Source: Macrostomum lignano (lineage: Eukaryota). From it: a stretch of 64,000 nt of DNA. The DNA lies in assembly GCA_002269645.1 (NCBI GenBank), contig NIVC01000573.1, forward strand, positions 248,001 to 312,000. Direction: 5' to 3'. A program made the position numbers and the translations under genes. The notes under the pieces were generated by a model. The model saw only the letters and a program-made list of their open reading frames with translations. It did not search any database and was not told the DNA's origin. Of the stretch, positions 63,412-64,000 are shown one piece after another. The number at the start of each line of letters is the position of its first letter. Within the stretch, counting starts at the first letter, position 1.

Positions 63412-64000
63412 GTGAGCAGCCTTCTTTTCCGTTTGTCTATTTACGAGTAGAAATTTATATTTATATTGCACAAATATAAATGTCTGCATTAGCAATCAAC
63501 AATTCAACAGCAGCGAGTAATACAAGAAGTCCCAAGCTTTCCCTAAACATAGTAGATAAAATTTACATCCTTGGCGACTTGTTTCACCCTGTCACTGTTG
63601 AAGAAAACGACACAGATACCGAAGGCCCGCAAAGATTGAAACGACTGTTAAGACTAGTAGCAACGGAGTAAAATAATTCTTTTCTTCTTTGTTTAACGTT
63701 TCTTTGGATTTGTAGTATCAGCTGTACTTGCACAGGGGGTCGCGCCACCCATTGCACCGCCCCCTGCCCGCCCAGCATCGCAGATATATTTAAGCAGGCG
63801 GGCAGACAGACATCGTATGTAGAGCAGCCCCGGAGTTGCATTCTTTAGTCTTTAGTAAACAGAATTTTCTAAAAGGCACACAATTGTGACAAAGCCTTCG
63901 CCCCTGCCCAGCCCATCTTTTGGTTTGGTCTCGTGTTCGCCAGTTTCCAGCGCTGCAATAACAAATACGACTGCAGCGTCCCCCCTTCCCAGGAAAGGCT

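Overview
Eukaryotic (metazoan) genomic DNA, not prokaryotic. It has spliced GT-AG genes with GC-rich exons, many intronic minisatellites, (TTAGGG)n tracts and animal-type transposons. The style suggests a flatworm such as Macrostomum, but that is inference only. Genes, in order: 3' part of a protocadherin (+); a tandem-C2 synaptotagmin-like gene with no visible TM segment (-, about 15 kb); an intronless secreted 1098-aa mucin-like protein with a poly-Arg tail (-); an ODF3/STPG-like gene (-); a divergent SLC15/POT transporter (+); a PAN + C-type lectin protein (-); METTL18/HPM1 (+); PHYH (+); and two tandem Amt ammonium transporters (+, the second cut by the window end). Mobile DNA: a CsRn1-type Ty3/gypsy element, an EnSpm/CACTA element inside a minisatellite, a Tc1-like relic, two copies of a tRNA-derived SINE, two LINE fragments and foldback-like elements. 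The most striking observation is in METTL18 intron 1. It holds nine tandem 52-nt units, each shaped like a complete mini-intron (GTAAGC...CTAAC..TAG), giving ten consecutive AG|GTAAGC junctions that resemble recursive-splicing sites. Several 1-2 nt frameshifts in otherwise intact genes are probably long-read assembly errors.
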